The notes below the pieces were generated by a model. That model saw only the letters and a list, made by a program, of their open reading frames with translations, made no database searches and had not been told where the DNA came from. The position numbers and the translations under genes were made by a program. Below, piece by piece: positions 34,249-47,859 of a DNA stretch of 64,000 bases; position 1 is the first letter of the stretch; each line of letters starts with the position of its first letter. The stretch comes from Vicugna vicugna. Taxonomy: Eukaryota. The stretch lies in the NCBI GenBank assembly GCA_013265495.1, contig MU058793.1:672060-736059 (forward strand), read 5' to 3'.

Positions 34249-36594
34249 AACTAGACTATAAGCTTCCTAAGGTTCGTTCATTTAGTCAGCGAATATTCCT
34301 TGAGGGCCTCTGTTCCAGGCATTATGTTGGCTTCTGGGGAAACATGGTGGATTAAGTCACACAATGGCAGATTCTGGATTCCAATGAAACCCCATTAAAT
34401 GCTGGGTGAGAAGGAAGACAGTTTTCTTTGAGTTCAGGGATTTACAAAATCCCTTGTGACCCTCTCCCACTGAACAAAAGCATCTGCCCCGATTTTTATC
34501 AACCCCAGAAGACGGGAAAAGCTGGATCCTGAAAAGTGACCAGCTTGTTATAGAAATGGAGCCAATCAGCAAAATCTAAAGGCTCTGAAATATGTTGAGT
34601 CAAACTTTTTTTTCAGAGCAAATACGAAAAAAGAAGATGAAGTCCTCAGAAATGGAATATTATTTAGCAAGCGATGGAAAGTGTTCTCGCTGCACTAATG
34701 AGTCATTAAGTGAGGCGTTTGGGAACTGGGGAGGTGCTATAATTAGGTTATCTGTATTTTTAACACAAGAAAAATAATCCAAAGCGGCATGAACCAACGC
34801 AGCTGTATTGGAAGGGGGACAGCTCTCTGCAAGTCCCCATACAGAGGGGAATCATTTTTAACAACTCAGAGCTCAGCTGAGCAGTTAATTTAACAAAATG
34901 CTTAAGAACAAACCCTCAGCCGTTGGTAGCCTTCCTTAACTGTCTCCTAGCTTTACCCTAACGAGAAAGCCACGCTCCATTCCAAAACACCAGGCCTGTA
35001 CAGATATCAGTTTAGATGGAGTGGAAACAGCAAATCTGATCATAACAAAAGGGGAACAGAAATGAAGTGAGTGACGGGTTAGGGATTTCACATAATTAAA
35101 TTGTCAAAGGCCACAAAAGGAATGTGAAAATCAGGGGCTATCACCATCACAGGGGAAGAGAGAGGGGATTTAGTTATAAATACATTTCTGAGGAAGATGA
35201 AGAAAAAATAGATGTCCAGATTGCTCATTTTTGGCCTAATGAATAAATCATCTTGCTCCCCCCCCAACCCCCAATGCACCTGCTGCTTTGAAAAGTCCTT
35301 CCACACCAACCCAACAGTAAATGCTTCACAATGGCTCCAACGAAGCTGGAGTCCCGCCAGTGAAAATTACCACTCTTCAACCAAGATAAACATCATATTA
35401 CTTCATTACCCTTTTAAAACATATGCAAATTAAATCCATTATTCTTTTTTCACCCAGAAATGAAGTTCGTTTGGCTGGAATTCAGCGATTCCTTTTGTTG
35501 CAGTTGACCATGAATGGCTGAACTTTGTGTAGATGGTGCCCACTCCCCATCTTTGAATCAAACATTAATACCATTTGACAGTAATAAATAACACTTATCA
35601 CAATAGGGATGGAATAATGATTTTCCCACTCAGCTGGCTCATCAGAGCCTATCAGCTGACAACTGCATAAATGAGATTAGCATAACAGCTGCCTATGACA
35701 AATGTATCTAAATCCTTCTAATGCCAGCTAGTGCTTTGATCTCCCTATCAAGTCGATGCCAAAACCCAAATCCATTTCTACAAAATACATCTTGTTTATT
35801 ATAGATACATATGTATGTCCCAGCACAGTCTGCAATCCCAAGACATCCTTAATTAAAAGAATTTGGAATATTGATTGAAAATCATCACCTCTGGCTCTGT
35901 ACTCCCTTCCGTGACTTTGCTGAAAATTTTAAGAAATTTATTTTCAAAATGGAGTTTATGCTTCACCTTCCCATACTTCCCCTTGAGTCACTCCCTGGAA
36001 TGTAATGAGGTCTCATTCTGATGTTTTCAAATGAAAATAATTACCCTGGTTTCATTTTGATTATTGCCTTTCAGAGGTATCAGGTTCATAAAAATTTAAA
36101 TCAACTCCAAGTAACATAAGCCACAGTACTTTACTTCCTATTATACAATCACAGTGAAACACAGACTTGTTCTTTGTTGGGGAATGCAAATGGGGTTTGC
36201 GATCAAACCTGAACTATAATGTCTTCATTTATCCTCCTCAACAATCCACACCGCTGATGAGGGTAATTCGAGAAGCAGTACACATTTTTGGTGTCCAGGT
36301 CCCTGAAAGTCCCAATTTGTTTCTCCTACTGAATTTGAAGCTGAAGCAAGACAGAAAATCCAGTGTCTAGGAAATAACATATTGCGTATGAGGGCGATGA
36401 GGATGTAAAGAGTTAGAGATTCCCTTAAGAACAGGGAGGCTGTTTGGAAAGCGAGGCTAATACGTGAATAGAATAGTCTTGTTATTCTATCTCAGCATCT
36501 ACTAAAGGCAATGGATAGGAGTACCTAGTTTACTTCCTGCTTCTCTGTGTGGAGCATCTTAATCATATCCACATCACAACACTCCTCCAAACAA

Positions 36595-36740
36595 TTAAAT
36601 CAGTCAGTGCGTCAACAGTCATACAACAAATGTTTATCAGGGGCCTGCCAAGGACTAGCATAGGTGCTAGGAATATCACAGAAGCCAGATAAACAAAGTC
36701 CTTGCCCTCATGGGACTTACATTCTAAGGGACAGATATCA
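36595..36740 (-). mobile_element. L2 3' end
   Basis: caacaaatgtttatcagggg...ggtgctaggaata...ccttgccctcatgggacttacattcta. Confidence 0.8.
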
Positions 36741-37004
36741 AGCACTATTGAAAACAACTGTCTGGCAGTGAAGAGAGACAGGACGCTTTTGAGATTATAT
36801 GTTAGAGAAGATGTGAACAGACTTCAGCATTTGCACATATACAGGCAGTCACAAATACGAACAGGCGTGGGTGCGTCAGGCAAATACAACTGATGAAGAT
36901 CACATCCTAGGTCTGGCTTTCGAGAAATTTTTAGACCGAAGTGGACATTCCTCTGTAATGAATCAATCAGCCCGAGGCAGAGAGCCCCAAATGAAACAGC
37001 AAGG

Positions 37005-37250
37005 GATATTCATCCATTTATGCAGCAAACATCTACTGATCAGCCGCTGTGCGCTAAGGATACACGTATGTAGGAGATGAAGTCCCTGCTGACTGTGCCA
37101 TGCCATCCTGATGGTGGAATTATGAGCACAGTTGTGACTTACAAAAACGGAAGTCTTCTAGGCTAAGAGGAAGTAGGCAAGGCCTCCATGAAGAAGTGGC
37201 CTTTAAACTGAGACTATGAGACATGGGCTGCTATTCTACACAGAGGAGGA
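37005..37250 (-). mobile_element. L2 3' end
   Basis: attcatccatttatgcagcaaacatctactga...gtgcgctaagga. Confidence 0.6.
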
Positions 37251-38804
37251 TCTGTGTGACCAAAGTAGACATCAGATAATATCAACAAAAGGCAGGCATG
37301 TCAGAGCAAGAATTTTAGCAAAATCCAATTAAGGAGATCCTGGCCATTAACACCAGACCCCACTCTAGTTGTCATTAAGTGATCTGTCATTGGTTGGACA
37401 TGTGTTTCTTAACATTTAACTTAGTAAACCATCTATGTTTCATTGTGTAAGGTAGGGCCAACCATGAATGAAGGATTCCAACAAATAATATGAGGTTAAG
37501 ACTTCATAGTCTTCCCAGAGAAGGTAGGTAAGAAAAATAGTGCACTTAGCTGAAAGGTGTTGGAATAGAATCTAGTCCTCCGTGGGTTTTTTGCACAAAA
37601 CGTAGACAGACATTTGCAAGACATTGGTTAGTCGATAGATATTTACATCAATGGCTCCACTGGAAAGAGTTCTGAAAATCTATTTAAACTACATGCGTTA
37701 GCTCTTGTTAGAATAAACATATGCATCACACAACAAAATTCTGCTGTTTTTCAAATATATGTAGATGGTGCTATGACTAACAAGATACAAAAGATTTCTG
37801 AAGCATCATTGAATTTGTCATAGCTCTATTATTGTGTATTTTCTCCTTCCCTAGACACAAAAGTACTATTATCATAAAATTAGCATTAAAAATAGAGGTT
37901 TTCATATTGTAAAAAATTAGAAACTTCCAGTCTATATGATGAAAATGTCATATGGAAAAATGATCGATTCTGTGTTATTTGTCTCAACTAGCTAATGATT
38001 AAGAATAACCGTGCAATTGATTCACTTGACTTCACAGAATTCCATCCTTAACATGACCCTAGAGACTTCTGTTTGATTCATATCAACATGCCATACATCC
38101 AAACTTGAAAATAAAATAATGGAATCAATAGGCTCAGCATTATTAAGAACCTCATACATTTCCACTTCAGCCATGGTTAAAACTTCTGGCCATATTTTTG
38201 GTTTGTTTGCTTGTATTCCAAGCACTTATTATGTGCCTGACACTTGGATGGTGCTATGGAAAATATGGTAATTTTAAAATCATGTCTCCTGACTTCAAGG
38301 AACATACAGTATAACCGTGGAGAGGATATAGAGAAGATTTATACCTAAGTTCCAATACAAGACAGGAAGCGCTAAGTACCACAAGAAATATGAGCACTCA
38401 TAATGGGAAAACTGTCCCAAACACTGGTCTCAAGAAAGTCTCCTGGAAGAGTGACTTATGGTGAAAAAGATGAGTCTGGGAGACTGGACTGCACCAGGCT
38501 TCTGGTCCAGATTGACTAAAACTTCTGAAGACAAAAGGATAAATGGGAAACCAAAATTTAAGACCAGTTGATGGAGAGTCTTAATCACCATCCTGGGAGT
38601 CTGCAAGCTTTGGGGAGACATTGCCTACTTTTTTTTAACTACTGAGTACAGCTTTATTTTCTTTATATGACAAGAAGTCTGGAGGGGGCAGCCCAGGACT
38701 GGTACAGCTGCTTCAAGATGCTGTCAGTCTCTATCTTTCCATCCCATCATTTTTTTAACTAAAAATTTTTAAGTGCACAGTTAAGGAATCTTTATATATA
38801 TATT

Positions 38805-39147
38805 TTATTGAAGTATAGTCAGTTTACAGTGTGTCAATCTCTGGTGTACAGCACAATGCTTCAGTCATACATGAACACACATATATTAGCTTTCATACTC
38901 TTCTTCACCATAAATCACTACAAGATATTGAATATAGTTCCCTGTGCTGTACAGTATGAACTTGTTGTTTATCTATCTTATATACAGTAGTGTGTACCTG
39001 CAAATCTCAAACTCCCAATTTATCCTTTCTCACCCCTTCTTCCCCCAGTAACCGTAAGTTTATTTTCTATGTCTGTGAGTCTGTTTCTGTTTTGTAAATA
39101 AGTTTGTCTTTTTTTTAAGATTCCACATGTAAGTGATATCATATGGC
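38805..39147 (-). mobile_element. L1 3' UTR fragment inserted into an older L1MB-type element (about 38750-38790 and 39150-39545)
   Basis: tttattgaagtatagtcagtttaca...ttccctgtgctgtacagta...attccacatgtaagtgatatcatatgg; flanks read as the older L1 end (tttttaagtgcacagtt / tatattcacattgtgcagcc). Confidence 0.85.
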
Positions 39148-40099
39148 AGAAATGTTAACTATATTCACATTGTGCAGCCAATCTCCAGAATTTTTTCACC
39201 TTGCAAAACTAAAACACTATATCCATTAGATAACAATTCCTTCATTTCCTGGTAACTGCAATTCTACTTTCTGTTTCTATGAATTTGACCATTTTAGATG
39301 CCACATATAAGTGAGATCAAACAATACGTGTCTTTTTTGTGGCTGTCTTATTTCACTTAGTATAATGCCTTCAAGGTCCATCCATGTGATAGGATGTGAC
39401 AAGGACTGCCATCTTCTTTAAGGCTGAGTAATATTCCATTGCATGTACATACCGCATTTTCTTTATTGATGGGCATTTGGGTTGCTTCCCTCTCTGTGGA
39501 ATATAGTGAATAATGGGCCAATGGCACTATGAACGTGGGTGTGCCACCATCCATGTTTGAGGTGGAGACAATGATAACCCCACAGACACACAGCCATCAA
39601 GATTTAAGAATTTTTTACCATGCTCAAGCTCTCATGGTCTGTTAAAGAATAATAAGTGAACAGAACTTATTAAAACAAGTGGCTCTTGCCCAAACAAGTC
39701 TGACTGGAAATGCCTCCCACATCCCACAGTTGAACTTCCTCGACAGTCTCCATGGCTACTGAGCTCAGGGTCCAGGCTGGCTGGATTTGCATGCCTTCAC
39801 TGCTCCCCTTTCCAAGGGTGAAACTCGGAACTCACTGGTTTATTTGCTTGCTTTGTTTTCTCCAAGCAATACTGAATTGCACATTTTAAAATTTTGAAAT
39901 GCCAAAAAACCCTCAGGATTTGCTACAGACACTTGAGATATTTGGTAAATATAAATGTTGAATTAACAGGACAGTCCCTACTTCCTAGGAAAAGAAACTT
40001 CCGGGATGAACTTCAAAGGAAAAAAATTTTTTTAGTCATCATTCTATGAGTTGTTGGGGGTTAAAAAAAATTAAACTCAGAGTGAAGTGTCCATGACTC

Positions 40100-40392
40100 C
40101 CTCAGTTGCTTTCCTCAGGACTTAGCTCAAATAGCACCTGCTTAGCAAAGCAATCCCAACCAAATCATTTCAAATTACACCTCCCCAGCGTCTTCATAGT
40201 CTTTATCACCTTCTACTCTCCCTATTCTATTTACTTAATTATTTTCTTCTGCCTCTCTATTCTAGAACATTCCATGAGGTCATGAATTGTGTCTGCTTTG
40301 TTTTCTTAGTGAATCTTTGTTCTTTCTGTATTCCCAGTGCCTGGCACATAGTCAGCCCTCAATAAATATTTGTTGAATGGGTGAATAAATAA
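40100..40392 (+). mobile_element. L2 3' end
   Basis: cagtgcctggcacatagtcagccctcaataaatatttgttgaatgggtgaat. Confidence 0.9.
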
Positions 40393-40419
40393 ACACATGG
40401 GTTATAATTTGAAGATAAC

Positions 40420-40930
40420 TGTAGTAGACGCCTTTTGGTATCTACAATAAGCCCCTTTCTTAGAGAACTTGAGCTTGGCAGCCAAGTTTGGAGAACATGA
40501 AAGATCTCCCATGGCCACTGCTATGTAGACCAAGAGCAGACACAACGGTAACTGGATTGGTCGGACTGCATCTCCCTGAATTTAGACTTGGAACTGAGGG
40601 ATGCTGGTCGGAGGCCCTGCCTGTGGCTACAACTGAGGTGGTCCAAAGTGAAGGCCACAGGGCAGATACAGGAAGAGAGAAGCAAGGAGAGCCCATCTTC
40701 TGCAAGACAGTAAGGGGGCTACAAAGAGAAAGGCAGAGATGAGACACCATGCGACCTGGAGGGAACCAAAGAGAATCAGAGCTTTCATTCTAGATGGTTT
40801 TCTCAATTCTAATCCCAGCCTCTTGTGGCTTGTGTCACATACTCCTGCACACTCATGATAAATTCCCTTTCTTGTTTAAGCCAGCTTGGTGTGGGTTTCT
40901 AGTTCTTAGAGCTAAAACAGCCTTCACTGG
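40420..40930 (+). mobile_element. Ancient MLT1J/L-like LTR
   Basis: Starts tgtagtagac; ends ataaattccctttcttgtttaagccagcttggtgtgggtttct. Confidence 0.65.
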
Positions 40931-42615
40931 TCTAGTGACAGAAAACATCTCCTAGTGCAGATGACAGATGTGTTTGCATTCATCAAAGTGATATTTCAAT
41001 GGGTCTGTGGTCAAATAAGTGCTCTTGCCTTTTTTTCACTTTGTCGCTTCATTGAGAATCACTTGGAGCAGGGTTCACTCTGCAGTTTGAAGACAGGGCT
41101 TTTTCTGGGGCTTTTTCATATGATAATGTAGAGTGTATTTTCAGCCCAGCCCTCAATCAAATGGGCATCATCTTAAGGAGATATAATTAGAGCAGCTATT
41201 TTGCTGGCTCTTCACTGATGACAAAGCCAACAGTGCGCTAAGAAATTATATTCAATGAGGACACTTAGAACAAGGTGGGAAGAGGAACCTCACATTTCCA
41301 TCTGTAACATTTTGTCCTCCAAGGACCCCCTCTAAACAGAAGGAACATGAGGATTGTTGGGTATTTTTTCTTGGGTGGACAGATCATGTTACTTTAATAG
41401 GCTGTGAAATGATTGATGCTGGTGTAGCCAACAAATCCAAATAAAAGAAGGAAAAACAGCCATGATTGCCAGTGAATCATATTCAGTAATAACTACTTAA
41501 ATCTACTGGAAACAACTTAGGTAAAACAGTCAACTGTTTTTTTATTTTATTTGGTGGTGGTGGTGGTATTGCTGTTTTTAATTTAATGTTAACCATTCAA
41601 ATTCTTACTGGAAATTTTTACCTTTCAGTGAAGATGCAATATTTCACAACCTTGACAATTTTTTGAAGTTTAAAATTGCCCAAATGTTAAAACACTGTAA
41701 AATGATTAACAGTGGTAATATAGTCTCTCTTAGTGCCACAATCAGCGACTGAAACATAATTAGAGAACTCTTGGTTTGTAGTCCAATTATTCATCCGTCT
41801 CTGATAAGAGAGAAATTTGACTTAGTCAATCATAAAACTGACCAAAATGCATTATACCCCTTCTGTTGTGAAATAATTGCATTTCAAACATACAGTAAAT
41901 GTGTTTGAAAAGTGAGAGGATAAGAGAAAATAATTTCAAGAAATACAAGAGATACGTGCCAGTGTAAAGCTTTCTAATTTTCTTTTTTTTTCTTTATCAC
42001 TTCAAATACTACATAAGGTTCACTCAGACAATTGAGTTTGTCTGTAAACACAACCGACTTGTTCTCATTGAAAAAACCCTTTTCCCACTCTTCAGCTAAT
42101 AATATTTTCCTTTTGTTCCACCTCATTACTTGGAGCTTCCCTCCACCGTTCTAAGTAATTTCTCTCCCACTTCACTGTTTGCACCTTTACAAATATTTGC
42201 AAATGGTTATCATGCCCTATCTGGTACTTACCACAGAGCAAAATCTTCAGTGTCTTTAATACTTAATAACTGGGCCAGTGTCTTAACTGTTTTTCTCCCC
42301 TGCAATTTCAACTGTCTAACATGTTATGATAATTATCTAATGCAGTCTTCAGCCGCACAATGTTGAATTCAAAATTCATGCTGTTTTCCTTAGCAAAAGC
42401 TCTCTTGGATGAAACTACTCTGAGAGGCAAACAGCCAAAGAGCCACCAGTAGGACAAAGAGTTCTAATCAGTTAGGAGGTGTTGGTCATGAGATCCAATT
42501 CATAGGAGTCCTGTCTCTATCACTGGGTGGTTTGGGGCAAGTAGACTTCTAAGGATCTCATCTTCTCTTCCCTCAAAGGGAGGGTTCACAAAGATTGTCT
42601 CTAAGGTGCCTTTTA

Positions 42616-42667
42616 TTTTATCTTATTGTAGTATAATCAGTTTACAAAATTCTGTCAATTTCTTGTG
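42616..42667 (-). mobile_element. 52-bp L1 3' terminal stub
   Basis: ttattgtagtataatcagtttacaaaattctgtcaatttcttgtg; TSD taaggtgcctttta (42602-42615) / taagatgcctttta (42668-42681). Confidence 0.8.
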
Positions 42668-42709
42668 TAAGATGCCTTTTAAATCCATGGTTCTAACTCT
42701 AACCTACCT

Positions 42710-43710
42710 TGTCAAGGATCCTTTTTAAAACCTAAATCTCGTCAAGTGACTCCTTTCTTAAGAGCCTTCAGTCATTTTCCTGATGTCCTGAGAGTAAAAT
42801 CAAACTTCTTGACAAAGCCTGCAAAGCACTGCATGGCCGAGCCTCTGCCTACATCTTCATTCTCTGCTTGTATCACCTTCTCCATTGACCTTCAGCTGGG
42901 TTCCACCAAATGAGACCTTGGAAAAAGGATATGAGCTTATTTGGAAGGAAAACAATAAGGAAATGAGAAACAGGCAGTCAAGGAAAGGAAGCCAACGAAA
43001 GGTATCTCAATAAGCAGCTCACCACAATGGGCTCCTAAAGTTCAGTCCCAAGGAAGACCCTTGGGAGACGGCGGGGAGCACAGATCGAGCCTCTCAGTCA
43101 TCCCGCCTGCCCTCACCCCAAGGGATGGGAGCCTGGGACATGTCTCCCCCAACCTATTTATCACAGGTTAGAAACAGCTCCTGGAACATCAACTCCCTGG
43201 CACCTGCATCCTGCCCAGTATGTTGACCCAGCCTGCCAGGGAAAGCTGCCACCACATGCAGGACCACTAAGGGCTGATACGAGTAGGGTTCTGCCCCATC
43301 TGCTGCTCCACTGTTAACTAAAATCCAGCCTTGCAGGCTTTCTTCTCATTCCTCAGACTTGTCCTGTCCTGTTCTAGGGCCTCTGCAAACACAACTCACT
43401 CTGATTCAGACACTTCAAGGTTCCCTCCTTTTCCGTGTAAGCATCACTTTCTTGGGCAAGTCTTCCCTGGACACCCTAATTAGGTTCTCCTCCCTCATTT
43501 ATTGTATTGACACTCCATGTTTGATTCCTTCATAGCATTTTTTATCCCTTATAATTCTGTTATGATTTCAATTTATTTTACATCTGTATACTCCACTAGA
43601 ATATAAGCTTGTTCTTACAGGGACCATGTCGACTTAATTTGCCAATGTAGAGCCAGCTTCTTGCTCAGTACCTGATAAATGGCTGGTACTCGCTAAATTG
43701 TTCGCACGTG
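42710..43710 (+). mobile_element. L2 interrupted by an ancient ERVL-type LTR (LTR33/16-like, about 42890-43300)
   Basis: L2 motifs gatcctttttaaaacctaaatc...agtaaaatcaaacttct and ctccactagaatataagct...ggtactcgctaaat; intervening segment gctgggttccacc...ggaaaggaagccaac...aagcagctcaccacaatgggc. Confidence 0.6.
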
Positions 43711-44212
43711 AGTAGATTTTTGAAAGGCCACAGTTGTTTGTAAAAACAAAAATGTTTGGATGAGATACGCAGAAAATGTTCTGATGCATTATTTTCCTAT
43801 GAATTGAAAAGCGTTGATTTCAATGGTCTCCTAGAGGAGACCATGCCATAAATTACCATAGGCACTAGGCTTAAGTAACTTGCACAAATACAGTAATAGA
43901 TACAAGCAGGGATACAGCATACTCAAGCAGTCAGAAGACAGAATTCCAGTCTCAGCTTCCTATGCTCCAGGCAAGAATTGTAACTTTTCGAGCCTCTGGT
44001 CTATTTGTTCCCTTTACTGGCATTTAAAATTTTTTCCATTAAAAAAATAATAATGAGGAAATTGTGCTATCTCATGAGGAAACTGTGCTATCTCTTAAGG
44101 CTGCCTTTAACATTCTCTTAGTCTATTAAATGAGAAACATAAATATGGCCCTTGCATATTATAGATTTTTGACAAATATTTGTTTTTTTATGCATAAAAT
44201 ATGGATGGCAGA

Positions 44213-44496
44213 CTCATAGACATAGAAAACAAACTATGATTACCAAAGGGGAAACGGATGGGGAGAGAGATAGATTCGGAGTTTGGGATTAACATGTACA
44301 CACTACTGTATATAAAATGGATAAACAACAAGGACCTACTATATAGCACAGGGAACTATATTCAATATCTTGTAATAACTCATAGTGGAAAAGAATCTGA
44401 AAAAGAATATATATGTATATTTACAACCAAATCACTTTGCTGTACACCTAAAATTAACACAGTATTGTAAATCAACTACAATAAATAAATACATAC
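44213..44496 (+). mobile_element. 5'-truncated L1 3' UTR
   Basis: TSD atatggatggcaga (44199-44212) / atatgggtggcaga (44497-44510); ataaacaacaaggacctactatatagcacagggaactatattcaa. Confidence 0.9.
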
Positions 44497-44719
44497 ATAT
44501 GGGTGGCAGAGCCACAGGTACAATGACATGAGATTCTGAATAACTGAACCTCAGTTTCATCTGCAAGAGATGGTGATCTTATACAAGAGTCAGAAATAGC
44601 AGGTACTCGCTTTGAGTACCACTCTTCCACAGATTCTGTGTTCACAACAGGCATCACTGATCAACTGGCACACTCCTTACCACTGATCCAAAATGTAGCC
44701 CCAGAAATCTGACATGCAC

Positions 44720-45270
44720 TTAACCAAGAGATCAGGGTTAATATTGCCAGTGGTAAGTTACGTTGAAAGCAGGATAACATGATATGATGTGATGAGAAAG
44801 GCACTTCACCTGTGTGGTGTTCTTCTCAGAAACCCATAACCCCAGTCAAATCATGAAAAAAAAATTAAGATAAATCCAAATGGAGGGACAGTCTACAAAA
44901 TATATAACCAGTCCTCCTCAAAACTGTCAAGGACTTGAAAAACACAAGGAAAGACTGAGAAATTGTCACAGACCAGAGGAGACAATGTGGCATGACAACA
45001 AAATGCAATGTGGGGTCTTGAAAAAGATCCTGGATCAGAAAAAGGACATTAGTGAAAAATTAATTAATAAACAAACCTGAATAAAATCTAGAGGTTAGTT
45101 AATAGTAATGAACTAATGTTAGTTCCTTAGTTTTGGCAGATATACCATGGTTATGTAAGATGTTAACAGTAGGTAAAACAAGGTAACAGATTTACAGAAA
45201 TTCTCTGTATTATCTTGGTGGTTTTTCTGTAAGTCTAAAATTATTCCAAAATAAAATGTTATTTTTTAAA
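44720..45270 (+). mobile_element. L1MC/ME-type 3' end
   Basis: gatgtgatgagaaaggcacttcacc...aaagactgagaaattgtcacagaccagagg...tctgtaagtctaaaattattccaaaataaaa. Confidence 0.85.
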
Positions 45271-46464
45271 AGTCGGTGAGCCAACTCCCTCCACTCACAA
45301 TGTGTTTAACCTCTTTGAGCTTCACCTTTCTCATCAGCATATCTTTCACCTTTTCAGATATTTTGTGCAGATATAAAAGACTGAAATTAAATACTTACCA
45401 TTAAATACTTGCAGTTAGAACACCTTGCTTAGGGGTACATAGTAGGAGAAAAATAAATGAGCCTGCCAAATTCAGTGTTGCTTACTTTCCACTTTCAAGT
45501 AATTTGAGTGCTATGCAACCATAGACTTTTCCTAAATTAATGCATGCTTTAAATTTTTAATTTAAAAATTAATTTTCCAAAGCATCTTTTTCCTACACCC
45601 AAATTTAATTGCAAAGTCTGAAATCGGGGCACAGGGAGAATTTATTGAGTACTTTGATGCTAAGGAATCACTGCTTCTAACACTAACAATCAACTAAATT
45701 GCTACAAATCTTCTCTTAATGCCCTCCAGATGACATCTGGCTGTGGCTGGCCTTTGTTAGATTCTTACAGCTTTTCCCTTGAAGATACATACCAAGTGCA
45801 GTATTCAGGCTTTCTCTGTACTTGTAGCCCATAATTCATTGTCGAGGTGAAATGGGCTGCTTTTGAAAAGTTGGAGACTACAGCCTTCACTTTTCAAATT
45901 GTGTAGCTAGCAGATTTCATTTACAGTATATTGCAACAAGTCCCTGGGAGTTTCCACCGAAAGCCATAAATCAGAATCAGTTAAGAAAAATGTTCAAGAG
46001 AATTTCCCATTTCTACAGATAGACAAGGTTGAGAAATATCAAAGGTAGAGTTATACAGTGTGAAATGACACTTTCTAAAGGGCTCCTTTGAGCAATTTAT
46101 TAAGAATTTGTCAAAGACATGCCAAGTGCTCATCAGTGAATTAGGCATGTATTATAATGCTTATTGTAGCATTTAAAGATCATGATGCTTATCACTTAGA
46201 TTGTACTTAACATGCTCAAAACATTTTCAGTTCTAATTAAATACTCTCCCACGTGTATCTGTGTAGAGAAATAACCATTTGTAGGAGGGAGAAATACGCA
46301 GACTCACAAATAAAAAAATCCATCAGTGAAGTCTTGGGAACTTGAGTACAGTATTAAATATGTAGGCAAATGTGTAACATCTTGAGTTTCAGCCAGAAGT
46401 CTAAGCTGGTTCCCCAAACAACCATTTGGAGTTCAGTCTTCTCATCAAAATGAGCCTTCATCCG

Positions 46465-46502
46465 GTTTTTTGTTTTTGTTTTTGTTTTTGTTTTTGTTTT
46501 TT
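46465..46502. repeat. (GTTTTT)n simple repeat
   Basis: Direct reading. Confidence 0.9.
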
Positions 46503-47289
46503 CCTGGAGTTTGAGCTGCCCTAGACAGTCTTTTGAGGTTTAGGCTAATGGAGCCAAACAGGGAAACCAAGCAATTCCATTTTACCAAATATGAGGTATG
46601 TCTTTTCAAAAATCAAACTCCACAAACATATCCCAGCTTCACGACTTCCTCTTCTTCATTTATTTTCAAGTTTAAAAAAAAAAAAGTATTACTATTTCTC
46701 AGTGGAATTAGCACTTTGGTAGAGAGAACCAACCAAAAGGGGAGTCCATTCTCACAGGTAATAATTTTGCAATTTGAAACTATGGGGTGAGAATTTTCCC
46801 TGAGAGAAATTTGAGATTCAATATTTAAATTCAGCCACTATGAGGAGCTTTAATTTTAGCATTCCCCACTGAACACTAAATTTGGTGTAACCATGAGTTG
46901 CAGCGGTAGACAAGATGACAGTATTTATCCAACTATAACAACGCATATTATCTGGTCCAGGCACAGGACATACAACGATCTGTCCCAAGATCATACCATG
47001 TTTGAAGTGTATGTACAAGTGTGTTTATTGCAGCACTGTTCATAATAGGAAAAAACTGGAACTCTTCAAAATGCCCCTTTGATAAGGAAATGTATATTCA
47101 TCCATCTAATACAATACAATCCTGGAATAGCGCGAGTTAGAACTCGGGTCACATCAACTGGCTATGTTAGTATCCTGCTGCCCTGTAGAGAATTAGGCAT
47201 CACAACTTTGCCCGGAAGGGCAAAGAAACAAGAGTTAGAGTTTTTCAAAAGCTAAATTACTTGGAAGGTCATAGAGTCTTGCCATCACG

Positions 47290-47530
47290 CATATGAGCAA
47301 CAGAGCCAGATAACATGGATTCAAATCGCGGCTCTGCCCTCTGTGACCTTGGGCTAATTGTCAATCTCCATGATCTTTGGTTTCATGATCTCCATAATCT
47401 CTGGTTTAATTATCTACAAAATGTGGGTGACATTAACCATATCCCCCCTGTAGAATTTTTAATGAGAATTAAATGCGACAATGCATGTATTTAGCACAAT
47501 GTCTAGTACACAGAAAGTACTCTACAAACA
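47290..47530 (+). mobile_element. MIR SINE
   Basis: agagccagataacatggattcaaatcgcggctctgcc...tgtgaccttgggc...gagaattaaatg. Confidence 0.85.
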
Positions 47531-47599
47531 TCACCTGCTATGATAATATGCAGCTAGAAAGGATCTGAGAGCCTCATCACTCACAGTATACTTTGGAGA

Positions 47600-47810
47600 G
47601 CAGCTGGAGCAGCAGCAGCACGTGGGAGCTCACTGGAATGAAGAGTCTCAGGCCCTCCTCCAGATATACTCAGGCAGAGACTGCATTTTAACATGATCCC
47701 CAGATGATCCATAGCATATTGTATTTTGAAACTTGTAAATCTAGGGTAGGGACCAAGATTCTACATTTCCAACAAGCATCTCGTCCATGGCCCACACTTT
47801 TGAGTAGCAC
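47600..47810. mobile_element. MER5A-like hAT-Charlie pieces
   Basis: agcagcagcacgtgggagct...tctcaggccctcctccaga...ctgcattttaacatgatccccagatgat. Confidence 0.7.
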
Positions 47811-47859
47811 ATTCATCTTGAGCTGTACGGTCTTAAATATTGATTGCCCAGTTGTGCCC

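Noticed and set aside
47364..47411. 24-bp degenerate tandem duplication (and an 11-bp one at 47924-47945)
   Set aside because: Ordinary slippage inside decayed MIRs
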